A stretch of 64,000 nucleotides of DNA from an uncultured Candidatus Saccharibacteria bacterium (lineage in GTDB: Bacteria; Patescibacteriota; Minisyncoccia; Phycocordibacterales; G965230995). Below are positions 9,157-18,806 of this stretch, piece by piece. The notes beneath the pieces were generated by a model. It made no database searches, was not told the origin of the DNA, and worked only from the letters and a program-made list of their open reading frames with translations. The stretch covers positions 73,868-137,867 of the forward strand of contig OZ246398.1 in the NCBI GenBank assembly GCA_965230995.1, given 5' to 3'. The position numbers were made by a program, and so were the translations under genes. Numbering within the stretch: position 1 is the stretch's first letter; each line of letters opens with the position of its first letter.

Positions 9157-11088
9157 TTAATTCTGATGTTCTATGTCTTCTTTTTTCTTTAATTCAATTC
9201 CGTTTGCAACTATTATTCTTTCGTATTCGTCCTTTTCTATCGTCTCAACTTCAATCAGTCTCTTTGCAATTATGTCGAGCAACTTTCTGTTTTCTATGAT
9301 CAGCTTTTCTGCTTTTGCTTGCGACTCTGACATTATCTTTTTTACTTCACTGTCTATTTTAGCATTGACCTCTGGAGAATATTGTTTGTCATCAACCCCC
9401 CTTCCAAATAGCGCTCTGCCGTTTGATTCGAGAGCAACCGGACCGATATCATCAGACATACCATACAACGTGACCATATCCCGAGCGAGAGCAGTCGAAA
9501 CTTGCAAATCATTCGATGGTCCTGTTGTGAGATCACCAAAGACAATTTTTTCTGTAACATATCCACCAAGCGAAACAACAATATCATCGAGAAACTCTTT
9601 CTTTGATTGTAGCTTTTTATCTTCAATCGGCAATTTCAAAGTATATCCCGCAGCACGCCCTCTCGAGATAACAGATATCTTGTGAACAGGATCAGCAAAA
9701 GGAAGAAGTGAAGCCAAGATAGCATGACCTGCTTCGTGATATGCGGTTAGCTCTTTTCCTTTTTTTGAAAGCACGTGGCTTTTTCGCTCGGGGCCGAGCA
9801 TTACTTTTTCTATTGATCTAATCAAATCAAATTGCGAAACTGTTTTTCTGTCTTCTCTCGCTGCCAAAATTGCAGCCTCGTTCATAAGAGAATACAAATC
9901 AGCTCCAGAAAATCCCGGTGTCCTTTCTGCAATCAAAGAAATATTTACATCTTCTGCCAAAGGTTTTTTTCTTGCGTGTATTTTTAATATTTCCTCTCTG
10001 TCTTTTCTGTCGGGAATATCTATTGTGACTCTTCTGTCGAATCTTCCCGGACGAAGAAGTGCTGGATCGAGAACGTCTGGTCTGTTCGTTGCCGCCATTA
10101 CGATAACCTTTTCATTTGGCTCAAAGCCATCCATTTCAACCAATATCTGGTTTAAAGTCTGTTCCCTTTCATCATTTCCGCCACCGACACCTGTACCGCG
10201 AACTCGCCCAACGGCATCAATCTCGTCGACAAAAATAATTGCTGGCGAAGATGATTTTGCTAATTTAAATAAATCTCGCACACGAGAAGCACCGACTCCA
10301 ACAAACATTTCAACGAATTCAGAACCTGAAATAGAAAAGAAATTTACTCCAGCTTCCCCTGCAACCGCCCTTGCAAGTAATGTCTTTCCAGTACCGGGAG
10401 CACCCATAAGCAAAATACCTTTTGGAATACGAGCACCGATCTCAAGGAATTTTTTTGGATTTCGGAGAAAATCAACAACTTCGGCGAGCTCTTCTTTTGC
10501 TTCTTTAGCACCTGCAACATCTTTGAAGGTGATTTTATTTCTCTTGTCGTTTGGATCAGTAATTCGCGCTCTTGATTGCCCAAAAGTAAATGCTTGCGCC
10601 CCCGCACCTTTTACCTGTCTCGTTAAAAACCATACAAAGAAAAGAATAAACAGAAGAGGTATCAGGATGGGAGATAATTGGATGAGCCAATAAAAGAAAC
10701 CGCTCTCGCCTTTTATTTCTGTCTTTACCGCATTAATTGCTTCTTGTGATACACCATAAGCATCCAAAGTTTCAACAACGCCGACCCCAGATTCTTTTTT
10801 GGTAAAGTATTCAGCGCCATCTTTGTATTTAATATTTAGATCATCGCCTTTTACGACAATATCGCTAACCTTGCCTTCTGAGACAGCAGTTGCGAGTTCA
10901 GAAATAGCAATTTGTTTTGGATTATTTGTCCCTTCTGTAAACATTGTGTACAGAGCAACAATCAAAACAAATATAAAAAGTATGTTAATAAAATTTCCAA
11001 ACATACCACTACCGCCCTTGCCTATTTTAGGAATTATCCTCAGCTTGAGAGGTTTCCTTTCTTTTTTCTTTTTTTCTTTTTGTGTCAT
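9157..11088 (-). CDS. ftsH: ATP-dependent zinc metalloprotease FtsH
   Basis: 643 aa; N-terminal TM, AAA Walker A GAPGTGKT, Walker [13 protein letters not shown], zinc motif HEAGHAI. Confidence 0.95.
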   Translation of the reverse strand: MTQKEKKKKERKPLKLRIIPKIGKGGSGMFGNFINILFIFVLIVALYTMFTEGTNNPKQIAISELATAVSEGKVSDIVVKGDDLNIKYKDGAEYFTKKESGVGVVETLDAYGVSQEAINAVKTEIKGESGFFYWLIQLSPILIPLLFILFFVWFLTRQVKGAGAQAFTFGQSRARITDPNDKRNKITFKDVAGAKEAKEELAEVVDFLRNPKKFLEIGARIPKGILLMGAPGTGKTLLARAVAGEAGVNFFSISGSEFVEMFVGVGASRVRDLFKLAKSSSPAIIFVDEIDAVGRVRGTGVGGGNDEREQTLNQILVEMDGFEPNEKVIVMAATNRPDVLDPALLRPGRFDRRVTIDIPDRKDREEILKIHARKKPLAEDVNISLIAERTPGFSGADLYSLMNEAAILAAREDRKTVSQFDLIRSIEKVMLGPERKSHVLSKKGKELTAYHEAGHAILASLLPFADPVHKISVISRGRAAGYTLKLPIEDKKLQSKKEFLDDIVVSLGGYVTEKIVFGDLTTGPSNDLQVSTALARDMVTLYGMSDDIGPVALESNGRALFGRGVDDKQYSPEVNAKIDSEVKKIMSESQAKAEKLIIENRKLLDIIAKRLIEVETIEKDEYERIIVANGIELKKKEDIEHQN

Positions 11089-11165
11089 ACGGATATTATA
11101 CCGAAATTGACTATAAATAAAAGGCGTTCTCTAACTGACCGTTTATTTAAAACACCTATTCTGTT

Positions 11166-11618
11166 ATGATGCTTTATATGGATTTAGCAAGAAACAAAAA
11201 AGCCACATTTGATTATGAAATACTCGAAAAATTCGAAGCGGGTATCGAGCTTTTTGGACATGAAGTAAAATCTACAAGAAACAAAGGAGTGACGCTTGAT
11301 GGTAGCCGAATAACAGTCCGCGGAGGTGAAGCATATATAATTGGTATGACCATAAGACCCTACCAGCAGGCAAACATAAAAGAAGCATACGAACCAACAC
11401 GCAACCGCCGTTTACTTTTACACAAAAAAGAACTCGGAAAACTCGCCACGGCAGAAGATACTAAAGGATTGACAATCATCCCAATAGCGTTGTATAATAA
11501 AGGAACGAACATCAAGGTTTCAATTGGAATAGCACGCGGAAAGAAACAGTTCGACAAAAGAGAAAGTATAAAAAAACGAGATCTCGAAAGAGATATGGGT
11601 AGAAAATTCAAACGATAG
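11166..11618 (+). CDS. smpB: SsrA-binding protein SmpB
   Basis: 150 aa; FDYEILEKFEAGIELFGHEVKS...GLTIIPIALYNKGTNIKVSIGIARGKK conserved SmpB core; directly upstream of tmRNA. True start may be the internal MDLARN. Confidence 0.9.
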   Translation: MMLYMDLARNKKATFDYEILEKFEAGIELFGHEVKSTRNKGVTLDGSRITVRGGEAYIIGMTIRPYQQANIKEAYEPTRNRRLLLHKKELGKLATAEDTKGLTIIPIALYNKGTNIKVSIGIARGKKQFDKRESIKKRDLERDMGRKFKR

Positions 11619-11670
11619 TTTTTTGACAACAACGATCATTCGCGTAGAGCCCACCTTTGGCTGGTTCTAT

Positions 11671-12054
11671 GGGGATGATCGGCTTCGACAAGAAGTTCAA
11701 TATATATGCGCAAAGTGAAGCTCCAGCAACTTCTTAAAAGGCTGGAAAAACATAAGTGCAGACAATTCTGCAGCAACTCCTTCTCCATATTTTGGAACAA
11801 AGGATTTTGCTTTCGCTCTAGCTTAATAGCGGGCGCGCCCAGCCACCTCTCGTCTCGTGAGATGGTCTTGGGTGTCATTTTCAGAGACTCGGTGTTTGCA
11901 TTTCTCTAGGCTAACACTTAAACAAAAGAGATCGGTATAGAATTGTTTTGTTATTTTCAAAGGTTCTATATCTAAATCATAAAAAATAACTAAACTTTGT
12001 AGACACATATACATTTCCTTCTCTGGACGGGGGTTCGATTCCCCCCATCTCCAC
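11671..12054 (+). ncRNA. ssrA: tmRNA (SsrA)
   Basis: 5' GGGGAUGAUCGGCUUCGACA and 3' GGACGGGGGUUCGAUUCCCCCCAUCUCCAC form the tRNA-like acceptor/T arm; internal tag frame ...GTKDFAFALA followed by UAA UAG (11824-11829); terminator hairpin 12061-12090. Confidence 0.85.
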
Positions 12055-12252
12055 ATTTCAAAAATCAGCCCTTTGGGGCGATTTTTGTTATGTGGAGATG
12101 AGAAAGGTCTGGGAGACCTTTTGTGGGGGAATCGAAAGGCTTTTGTGTTGATTTTAGAGTTCGAGGAATGAGAACGAATAAAATCACCAAAAGGCATACT
12201 GTTCATGTAATGAGAGATTCCCCCATCTCTATCACAAAATGAAATACCCTTA

Positions 12253-14310
12253 CTATGAAACAGCTTGATCAAAATCAATTAGATAGAGCCTAGGTGTCCT
12301 TGTCATATCTAATTCTCCATCTTCATCTCTAAAGAAACGTAGACAAAAATTAGCATCGTGAGTATGCCCATGCTTAATATGTAACTTATCAAGCATAGCA
12401 ATGATTCTATCTCTTTGTTCCACTAGATCTGGCGTAAATAGTGTAGTTGAAATCCTCTGCCATGAGGCTAAATCTAAATCAAGGACACCACTATATACAT
12501 CGACTAATCCATTCTCTTTTAAACTATATGATTGAATTGGTTCAATTGGTACATAATCAAAACCGGCCTCCTTCCACTCCTGATGATTTTCATATAATTT
12601 TTGCCACGTTAAAAAAGAAGTTGAATTAATGTGTCTTATAATTATTTTGTCTTTTAATGGACCCCCGACCAGCGTCGTCTCAGATCCTGTTTTTTCAAAT
12701 TTCTTTCTCGAGAATGATTCCGTATTTAAATCTGGATGTTTGTTGTATAAGGGAGCAAATATAACATATTTTAGTAATTTATTTTCTAGAAGAACGTCAA
12801 ATATTTTTTTCCTCTCTGCTTCTGAAACAGACCGAATCATTAGAGCACCTATCCTTTGAATAATAGGATCATTACTTTCGAGCGCTTGTTCAATGAGTGA
12901 AAATCTTTTTTTTACTGGAAGATACTCAATCATTTGAGCACCAATCTTTCGGACTAAAGGATTATTACTTTTGAGTGTTTGCTCGATGAGTGAGATCATT
13001 TCTTCATCCGATACAGACAGAATCATTTCGGCACCGATCTCTTGGACTAGAGGATCATTACTTTCAAGAGCCTGCTTAACAAGTAATGATCTTTCATCTT
13101 CTGGCACATACCAAATCATCCGCATGGCTTCTTTTTGGACATTTGGATCATCACTTTCAAGGAGACGTTGAATTTTTTCAGTGACTATTTGCAATAAAAC
13201 GTCTCTTTCATTTAGTGGAGCATACTTAATCATTTCGGCACCAATCTTTTGAACTGCGTAGTTATTACTTTCAAAGATTTGTCGTATTTTCTTAGTTATT
13301 GTTTTTCTAAGTGAATCTTCTTCTTCATTTCCTGAAACAAACATGGTCATTTCGGCACCAATCTTTTGGACATTTGGATCATCACTTTCAAGGAGACTTT
13401 GAATTTTTTCAGTGACTATTTGCCATAAAGAATCCCTTTCATTTAGCGGAGCAGACCGAACTGTTTGAGCACCGATCTCTTGGACTAGAGGATCATTACT
13501 TTCAAGAGCCTGCTTAACAAGTAATGATCTTTCATTTTCTCGTGCATACTCAATCATTTGAGCACCAACCTCTTGGACTTTAGGGTCTTTACTTTCAAGA
13601 GCCTGCTTGATGAGTAATGACATTTCTTTTACAGGAACAAAACGAATCATTCCAGCACCAATCCTTTGAATCGCAAGGTCATCACTTTCAAGGAGACGTT
13701 GAATTTTTTCAGTGACTATTTTTCTAAGTAAAGATCTTTCTTCATCTTCTGAAGCAGACCGAATTATTTCAGCACCGATCTCTTGAACTAAAGGATCATT
13801 ACTTTCAAGAGCTTGCTTGATGAGCGAAAATCTTTTGTGTGCTGGAGCACACCAAAACAATCCTGCGCTTATCTTTCGAACTTCAGGGTTTTTACTTTCA
13901 AGAGCCTGCTTGATGAGCGAGAACACCTCATCCACTTTAGGACAGTATCGAATCATCTTAACACCAATCTCTTGGACTTCAGGGTTTTTACTTTCAAGAG
14001 CCTGCTTGATGAGTGGATATCTTTTATCTGTTGAAAAATACTCAATCTTTTCAGCACCAATTCTCTGAATCGCAAGATTATCGCTTTCAAGAGCCTGCTT
14101 GATGAGCGAGAATATTTCATCTACAGGAGAATTATTCAATTTTCTTTCAAAATCCGCGACTAATCTTATTCTTTCATCTTGCACTTTACATCGATCATAT
14201 CTTTCGAGATCTTTCTCTGTAATCTTTCCATGACCAGAAATTTGATACATATCGACAGGAAACACCTCTTCTCTTTGTCTACCTTTCTCTGTATTTTGTA
14301 TTTTTTCCAT
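12253..14310 (-). CDS. HEAT/PBS-lyase-like repeat protein (about 13 tandem ~31-aa repeats) with C-terminal ~230-aa domain carrying kinase-like HxD..N and IDFD motifs
   Basis: Repeats of SLIKQALESNDPLVQEIGAEMIR...; C-term HIKHGHTHDANFCL...LYLIDFDQA. ORF track start at 14394 replaced by internal Met (MEKIQNTEK) because the first 28 codons look non-protein-like. Confidence 0.55.
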   Translation of the reverse strand: MEKIQNTEKGRQREEVFPVDMYQISGHGKITEKDLERYDRCKVQDERIRLVADFERKLNNSPVDEIFSLIKQALESDNLAIQRIGAEKIEYFSTDKRYPLIKQALESKNPEVQEIGVKMIRYCPKVDEVFSLIKQALESKNPEVRKISAGLFWCAPAHKRFSLIKQALESNDPLVQEIGAEIIRSASEDEERSLLRKIVTEKIQRLLESDDLAIQRIGAGMIRFVPVKEMSLLIKQALESKDPKVQEVGAQMIEYARENERSLLVKQALESNDPLVQEIGAQTVRSAPLNERDSLWQIVTEKIQSLLESDDPNVQKIGAEMTMFVSGNEEEDSLRKTITKKIRQIFESNNYAVQKIGAEMIKYAPLNERDVLLQIVTEKIQRLLESDDPNVQKEAMRMIWYVPEDERSLLVKQALESNDPLVQEIGAEMILSVSDEEMISLIEQTLKSNNPLVRKIGAQMIEYLPVKKRFSLIEQALESNDPIIQRIGALMIRSVSEAERKKIFDVLLENKLLKYVIFAPLYNKHPDLNTESFSRKKFEKTGSETTLVGGPLKDKIIIRHINSTSFLTWQKLYENHQEWKEAGFDYVPIEPIQSYSLKENGLVDVYSGVLDLDLASWQRISTTLFTPDLVEQRDRIIAMLDKLHIKHGHTHDANFCLRFFRDEDGELDMTRTPRLYLIDFDQAVS

Positions 14311-14408
14311 TATTGATAAATAATATAACGTCTTAATAAAAAATAAAACCCGTTTAAAATCCCATTGCCTATTGCGAGGGTAAACAACAATCACTAATAC
14401 TTAACCAA

Positions 14409-14454
14409 TTGACACCACTAAATAAATACATAGTCTTTAAATCAGGCCAAGGAG
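14409..14454 (+). promoter_or_regulatory. promoter and RBS of GC-rich island 1 (TTGACA ... AAGGAGG)
   Basis: TTGACA at 14409-14414, AT-rich -10 region, AAGGAGG 14448-14454 followed by GTG 14461. Confidence 0.4.
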
Positions 14455-14460
14455 GAATTG

Positions 14461-14750
14461 TGACATTAGTACAAGTCCTTGCGGTTCAGAAACAGAGCGA
14501 ACAACCGCTAACCAAAGGAATGCTCCCAGGGATCATTGCAGAATGCCACAGGTGGCCATGGCCCGGCAGAACATCTGTTCGGTATACCGCCACAAACGGC
14601 AACACCATTGTGGCAACCATGCTACAGATTAACGGTAGCCACACTGTCACGAGCATGCAAAATGCCGTACAGCTTATGCTCACCAGGGGAGAATCTGAAT
14701 TCGTAACCAAAGAAAACGGGGGGCTCATTCTATGGACTGTCGTTCCGTAA
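14461..14750 (+). CDS. hypothetical protein encoded in GC-rich island 1
   Basis: 96 aa from GTG after AAGGAGG (the ORF track uses a longer frame from 14409). Codon usage and G+C are clearly higher than neighbours. No recognisable motifs. Confidence 0.35.
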
Positions 14751-14777
14751 TGCCGGAAGACCTCCGACAGAACGGAG

Positions 14778-14804
14778 AAGGCGCGCCACGGGCGCGCCTT
14801 TCCT
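14778..14804 (+). terminator. rho-independent terminator (GGCGCGCC palindrome hairpin) ending island 1
   Basis: AAGGCGCGCC-ACG-GGCGCGCCUU then UCCUCAUUU. Confidence 0.6.
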
Positions 14805-14811
14805 CATTTAT

Positions 14812-15939
14812 CTACACCCCTTTCTCCAAAATCAAATCCCATTTTGTTCTGAGAATTCTCTCTACTGATTCGTTTATTCTATCCTCACTAATCTCACCAT
14901 TATCTACCGCCTCTAATATCCTTTCGTATATTTGTTTTTGAATGTCTCTCGAATATGTACTGATTATAATATCAACACCGGATAGAATTGCTTTCAGACT
15001 ATTTTCGGCAATGTTTCCACCTACAGAAACCATTTCCATATCATCGGAAATGATCACACCCTTAAAACCAAGCTCTCCTCTCAAAATATCAACCAAGAAT
15101 TTTTCTGAAAGCGTAGCCGGTTTATCATCGACAATTGGCACGACAATATGAGCCGTCATAATCGGAACATAAGGATATTTTTCTATTACTTTTTTAAATG
15201 GCAAAATATTATTTTCCAAATCCTCTTTTGAAATTGAAATCGAAACACCTTTTTTGTGTGGATCAAGAGAAATATTTCCATATCCTGGAAAATGTTTTGC
15301 AACTGGAATAACACCCGAAGATTCATATCCTTTTATCATTTCAATTCCAAGCTCTGATATTTTTTCTGGTGTCGTACCAAAAGTCCTTTTGTATAGATAA
15401 GAATTCCTATCGGTTACATAATCCAAAACCGGAGCAAAATTCATATTTACGCCAATAGAAGAAAGCTCCTCCCCTCTTTTCTTTGAAATTTTAAAAGCAT
15501 CCTCTGTATTTTTAATTTCAACCTGTTGTGTTAATTCAGAGAAAAAATTAAAACGAATTACATCTCCCCCTTCTTGATCGGTAGCGATAAATAGAGGAAT
15601 ATTTGCAAAGTTTTGCATTTGAGAAATCAAATCTCGGGACTGACTCTCATCTAAAATATTTCTACCGAGCAAATTAAAACCTCCAACATTATAATCCTTT
15701 ATCATTTCTATAGTATCGGGATCGAGATTTTTTCCTGGAAGACCGATAATGAGCATCTGACCAATCTTTTCTTTTATCGTCATGGATGACAATTTCTTCT
15801 CTATTTCTACCGAAACAGTATCTTCTTTTGTCTCAATATTGTTATTTTCTATGTCGACATTTTTTTCATTTTTTAAATATACAAAAGAAAAAACTAGAGC
15901 AAGGACAATTACGAGGATTACAAAAAGTTTTTTAAACAT
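14812..15939 (-). CDS. glycoside hydrolase family 3 N-terminal domain protein (beta-N-acetylhexosaminidase NagZ-like), membrane anchored
   Basis: 375 aa; N-terminal TM; KHFPGYG motif and GH3 fold order (IATDQEGG, FAPVLD). Confidence 0.65.
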   Translation of the reverse strand: MFKKLFVILVIVLALVFSFVYLKNEKNVDIENNNIETKEDTVSVEIEKKLSSMTIKEKIGQMLIIGLPGKNLDPDTIEMIKDYNVGGFNLLGRNILDESQSRDLISQMQNFANIPLFIATDQEGGDVIRFNFFSELTQQVEIKNTEDAFKISKKRGEELSSIGVNMNFAPVLDYVTDRNSYLYKRTFGTTPEKISELGIEMIKGYESSGVIPVAKHFPGYGNISLDPHKKGVSISISKEDLENNILPFKKVIEKYPYVPIMTAHIVVPIVDDKPATLSEKFLVDILRGELGFKGVIISDDMEMVSVGGNIAENSLKAILSGVDIIISTYSRDIQKQIYERILEAVDNGEISEDRINESVERILRTKWDLILEKGV

Positions 15940-15980
15940 AAAAGAAGTCTATCATGACAATATGCAAGGATTAAAGCTAT

Positions 15981-16009
15981 TTGACTTTATACACAAAGAT
16001 TGTATTATT
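15981..16009 (+). promoter_or_regulatory. sigma70-like promoter, first of three homologous promoters in GC-rich island 2 (TTGACT-N16/17-TATTAT)
   Basis: TTGACTTTATACACAAAGATTGTATTATT; near-identical copy at 16466-16496 and related copy at 16991-17019 (TTTACT-N17-TATAAT). Confidence 0.5.
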
Positions 16010-16048
16010 ATTTTGGCTTAGAGTTCCTAACACAAGCGGAGAAAAGCG

Positions 16049-16396
16049 ATGAGTGAAGTCACTGTAACCCAGCTCGTTAAACATGAGCACTTCCTGAGGG
16101 ACATCGGGTGTCTGAAGGGGTTCCTCAGTCATCTCGGCTGGCATCTTCCGGAAGATGTATTCGTGGTATGCCTACATCTTACATGGAAGGAAATCACCCT
16201 ACTCATGGTCAAGGAAACAATGGGGATCGGAGTTCCACATAAGTGCACAGTGATGGGTACCACCTCTATCACGGCGGAGAACGTTGTCCGCATGATTGAC
16301 TGGACCTTCAGACACCATTACGAACTCATCGTGAGACCTCCGGACAACAAGTTCCAGTTCCGCTTCATTCATCAACTGCAATCCCCTGGCGCCTAG
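16049..16396 (+). CDS. hypothetical protein A of GC-rich island 2
   Basis: 115 aa, GGAG RBS, GC-rich codons, followed by terminator hairpin 16424-16449. Confidence 0.4.
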   Translation: MSEVTVTQLVKHEHFLRDIGCLKGFLSHLGWHLPEDVFVVCLHLTWKEITLLMVKETMGIGVPHKCTVMGTTSITAENVVRMIDWTFRHHYELIVRPPDNKFQFRFIHQLQSPGA

Positions 16397-16537
16397 GAAG
16401 CGCCACCCTACCCACCAAGACAGCCCACCAAGGCGCGTCTGGTGGGTTTGTCATTTATGCAGAACTTTACTTTATGTATAAAGATTGTATTATAATTTTG
16501 GCTTAGAAGTTCTGAACTCACAACCGGAGACCAGGAA

Positions 16538-16900
16538 ATGGCACCCGCCACAACCAAAGATATCCACATTGGACGCGAACAATTGTATGTGTTCTTAAGT
16601 GGAAAGGATGGACACGGTGGTCTAGAGGCGCAATTCGGAGACAACGGAGTAGTCACCCTACACGTTATGCATCGAGGAGAAGGTTCTGCAAAAACCATCA
16701 CGATCCAAGTAACGATGGAGAGACGTGTTGGTTTCCAGGAAGAAAAGCTAGTGAAGGTGATCGAAGAGTTTGACGGAGAGGAAATCAATGGATGGATTTC
16801 CTCCCTGATGAAGGGAAACAACATTCCACTCTTCTTCTTACCACCCAACCGCTTCCACCTGTTCCATTTCAAAATCGATGATATACCCCCCGGCGTCTAG
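16538..16900 (+). CDS. hypothetical protein B of GC-rich island 2
   Basis: 120 aa, own promoter copy and GGAGACC RBS, followed by terminator 16928-16953 homologous to the first. Confidence 0.4.
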   Translation: MAPATTKDIHIGREQLYVFLSGKDGHGGLEAQFGDNGVVTLHVMHRGEGSAKTITIQVTMERRVGFQEEKLVKVIEEFDGEEINGWISSLMKGNNIPLFFLPPNRFHLFHFKIDDIPPGV

Positions 16901-17065
16901 GAGACGCCACCCCACCCACCAAGACAGCCCACCGAGGCACGTCTGGTGGGTTTGTCATTTATGGCTAAAATATGTGGCTTTTTTGTACTATTTACTTTTA
17001 AACGCGTTTGTTGTATAATATATGAGAAACAGTACCGTACAACAAACCAATTAGGAGACGCTACC

Positions 17066-17563
17066 ATGCGTTACTTCACCATCGTTCTATTCGCGGTCAC
17101 GATGTTCATCACCGGTAGCGGGTGCATTGCCTACTACCAGATCAACGGAAAGGAAGGAGTCCTCGCCGTTCCACCCCTTGTGGGTACGCCGGTGGTGGTT
17201 GTCGCTTCCTGCGACCGCTGTCACTACCGTCACTGCCGTTGCGAGCAGTATGAATACCGCTGGCAGTGCGAGATCTGCAACCAGTACTTTGGTCGGCTTG
17301 CCGACCAATACTGGGACGGAGGACGTCGCACCTGCCGGTGGTGCCATCATGAAAAGTGGCCCTACCGCGCGTGGCAGTGCACAGTGTGCCATGGTTACTA
17401 CTGGCCAGTGGATGTTCGCAACAACATACACCGTGGCCATAACACTTGCTGGCGGTGTCTCGTGAGAGACAACATGGAGTGCGAGCAAGGCTGTAACGAA
17501 CCAACAACACTGCCCTGTCGCAGGTGGTATCATAGCTATTTCGGACCACCTCCTCCGAAATAG
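17066..17563 (+). CDS. cysteine-rich (about 20 Cys, multiple CxxC) secreted or lipoprotein-like protein of GC-rich island 2
   Basis: Start at internal ATG after AGGAGACG RBS (ORF track starts at 16946). N-terminal TM/lipobox-like FITGSGC; CDRCHYRHCRC, CEIC, CRWC, CTVC, CWRC; terminator 17567-17615. Confidence 0.45.
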   Translation: MRYFTIVLFAVTMFITGSGCIAYYQINGKEGVLAVPPLVGTPVVVVASCDRCHYRHCRCEQYEYRWQCEICNQYFGRLADQYWDGGRRTCRWCHHEKWPYRAWQCTVCHGYYWPVDVRNNIHRGHNTCWRCLVRDNMECEQGCNEPTTLPCRRWYHSYFGPPPPK

Positions 17564-17631
17564 CCCCCCGCCAGAGAGAACCCGCCAGTACACGGCGCCT
17601 CTCTCTGGCGGGTTTTCTTTTGTCTTAAAAT

Positions 17632-18087
17632 CTATTTCTTCTTTAGATTGTTTTCGATAATAGTTTTGTATATATCACCTCTTGTGACAATACCGACTAA
17701 TTTGCCATTTTCATCCATTACGGGCATCCTGTGAATACTTCGTGCGAGCATAATTGCGCCAACTTTCATAATAGGATCATCTGGGGAAACAGAAACGACT
17801 TCACGCGACATAAATCTTTCGATTGGGTTCTTTCGTATTTCTTGTATTTTTGATTCTCTTTTTTCTGGATCAGTATAGCTCTCTGGGTTTTCGTAGAAAC
17901 TTCGGTAATAAGGGAAAAGTACTTTGTATAAATCTTTGTCAGAAATCATACCGATAACATCACCGCTTTCATTAACGACAGGACAACCTTTTATACCGCT
18001 TTTTAACAGAAAAGTGGCCGCGTCTTCATAAGTAGTATCAAAAGGTAGAGTAAGCACTGGCGAATGCATTAATTCTTTTGTTTTCAT
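17632..18087 (-). CDS. CBS-domain pair protein
   Basis: 151 aa; two CBS repeats (VMTRDV.. / GIVTRGDIYK), no fused catalytic domain. Confidence 0.7.
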   Translation of the reverse strand: MKTKELMHSPVLTLPFDTTYEDAATFLLKSGIKGCPVVNESGDVIGMISDKDLYKVLFPYYRSFYENPESYTDPEKRESKIQEIRKNPIERFMSREVVSVSPDDPIMKVGAIMLARSIHRMPVMDENGKLVGIVTRGDIYKTIIENNLKKK

Positions 18088-18185
18088 AATTATATAATAC
18101 CACTTTTAGAGAAAGTAAACATAATCTTGCAGTGTATTAAAAATAGTGCTATATTCTCTGTATTCATAAGCCTAATCACACACAA

Positions 18186-18743
18186 TTGAAACGAGACGAT
18201 CGTATCAGAATAAATGAAAGGATTCGCGCGAGAGAACTTCGCGTAGTTGATGCCGAGGGTAAAATGCTTGGTGTTTTGTCTATTGATGAAGCCTTGCGAA
18301 AATCCAGAGAAGCCGGATTAGACCTCATAGAAATATCTCCAAACGCAGTCCCTCCAGTAGCAAAAATAATGGACTACGGAAAATATCTTTACAGCGAAAA
18401 GAAAAAGGCAAAAGAAGTAAAAGCCAAAGCTCACAGTGTCGAGGTAAAAAATATACAGGTAAAAGTCGGTACCGGAGAAAACGACCTGGCCTTGAAAGCA
18501 AGAAAAGTCACCGAATGGCTATCCGAAGGAAACCGAGTAAAAATCGACTTGTTCCTACCTGGTAGACTCAAATATATGGATGAAAAATTCCTAAAAGAAA
18601 GAATTGAAAGAGTATTAAAGCTCGTCTCTGTTCCCTACAAAATTGCTGATAGTGCTAAAAAAAGCCCTAAAGGTATGACTATTGTGATAGAAAAGGACAA
18701 ATCTCAAAAGGAAAACCCTCAGGAAAAACCTGCTCAAAAATAG
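18186..18743 (+). CDS. infC: translation initiation factor IF-3 (TTG start)
   Basis: INERIRARELRVVDAEG...EALRKSREAGLDLIEISPNAVPPVAKIMDYGKYLY core. Confidence 0.9.
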   Translation: MKRDDRIRINERIRARELRVVDAEGKMLGVLSIDEALRKSREAGLDLIEISPNAVPPVAKIMDYGKYLYSEKKKAKEVKAKAHSVEVKNIQVKVGTGENDLALKARKVTEWLSEGNRVKIDLFLPGRLKYMDEKFLKERIERVLKLVSVPYKIADSAKKSPKGMTIVIEKDKSQKENPQEKPAQK

Positions 18744-18806
18744 CTAGACAAAAAGCCCGATATAGTATAGTATTTTAGCCTATACTATTTTTGGTTTAAT
18801 TATTGT

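Noticed and set aside
11636-12278. ORFs 11636..11878(-), 11706..11909(+), 11823..12278(-)
   Set aside because: They overlap the tmRNA gene and its terminator; the sequence is explained by ssrA.
12850-14100. Periodic near-identical DNA repeats that might look like a CRISPR array
   Set aside because: The period (~93 bp) is in frame within a single long ORF encoding HEAT-like repeats; there are no unique spacers between short direct repeats and no cas genes.
14311-14394. Extended N-terminus (MIVVYPRNRQWDFKRVLFFIKTLYYLSI) of the HEAT-repeat protein
   Set aside because: Composition is unlike a protein N-terminus and it overlaps the divergent promoter region; the internal Met at 14310 is preferred, though the exact start is unverified.
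16795-16815. CUGAUGAAGGGAAAC inside ORF B, which superficially resembles a hammerhead core
   Set aside because: No stem II hairpin between CUGAUGA and GAAA and no flanking stems I/III; it lies in a coding frame (SLMKGNN).
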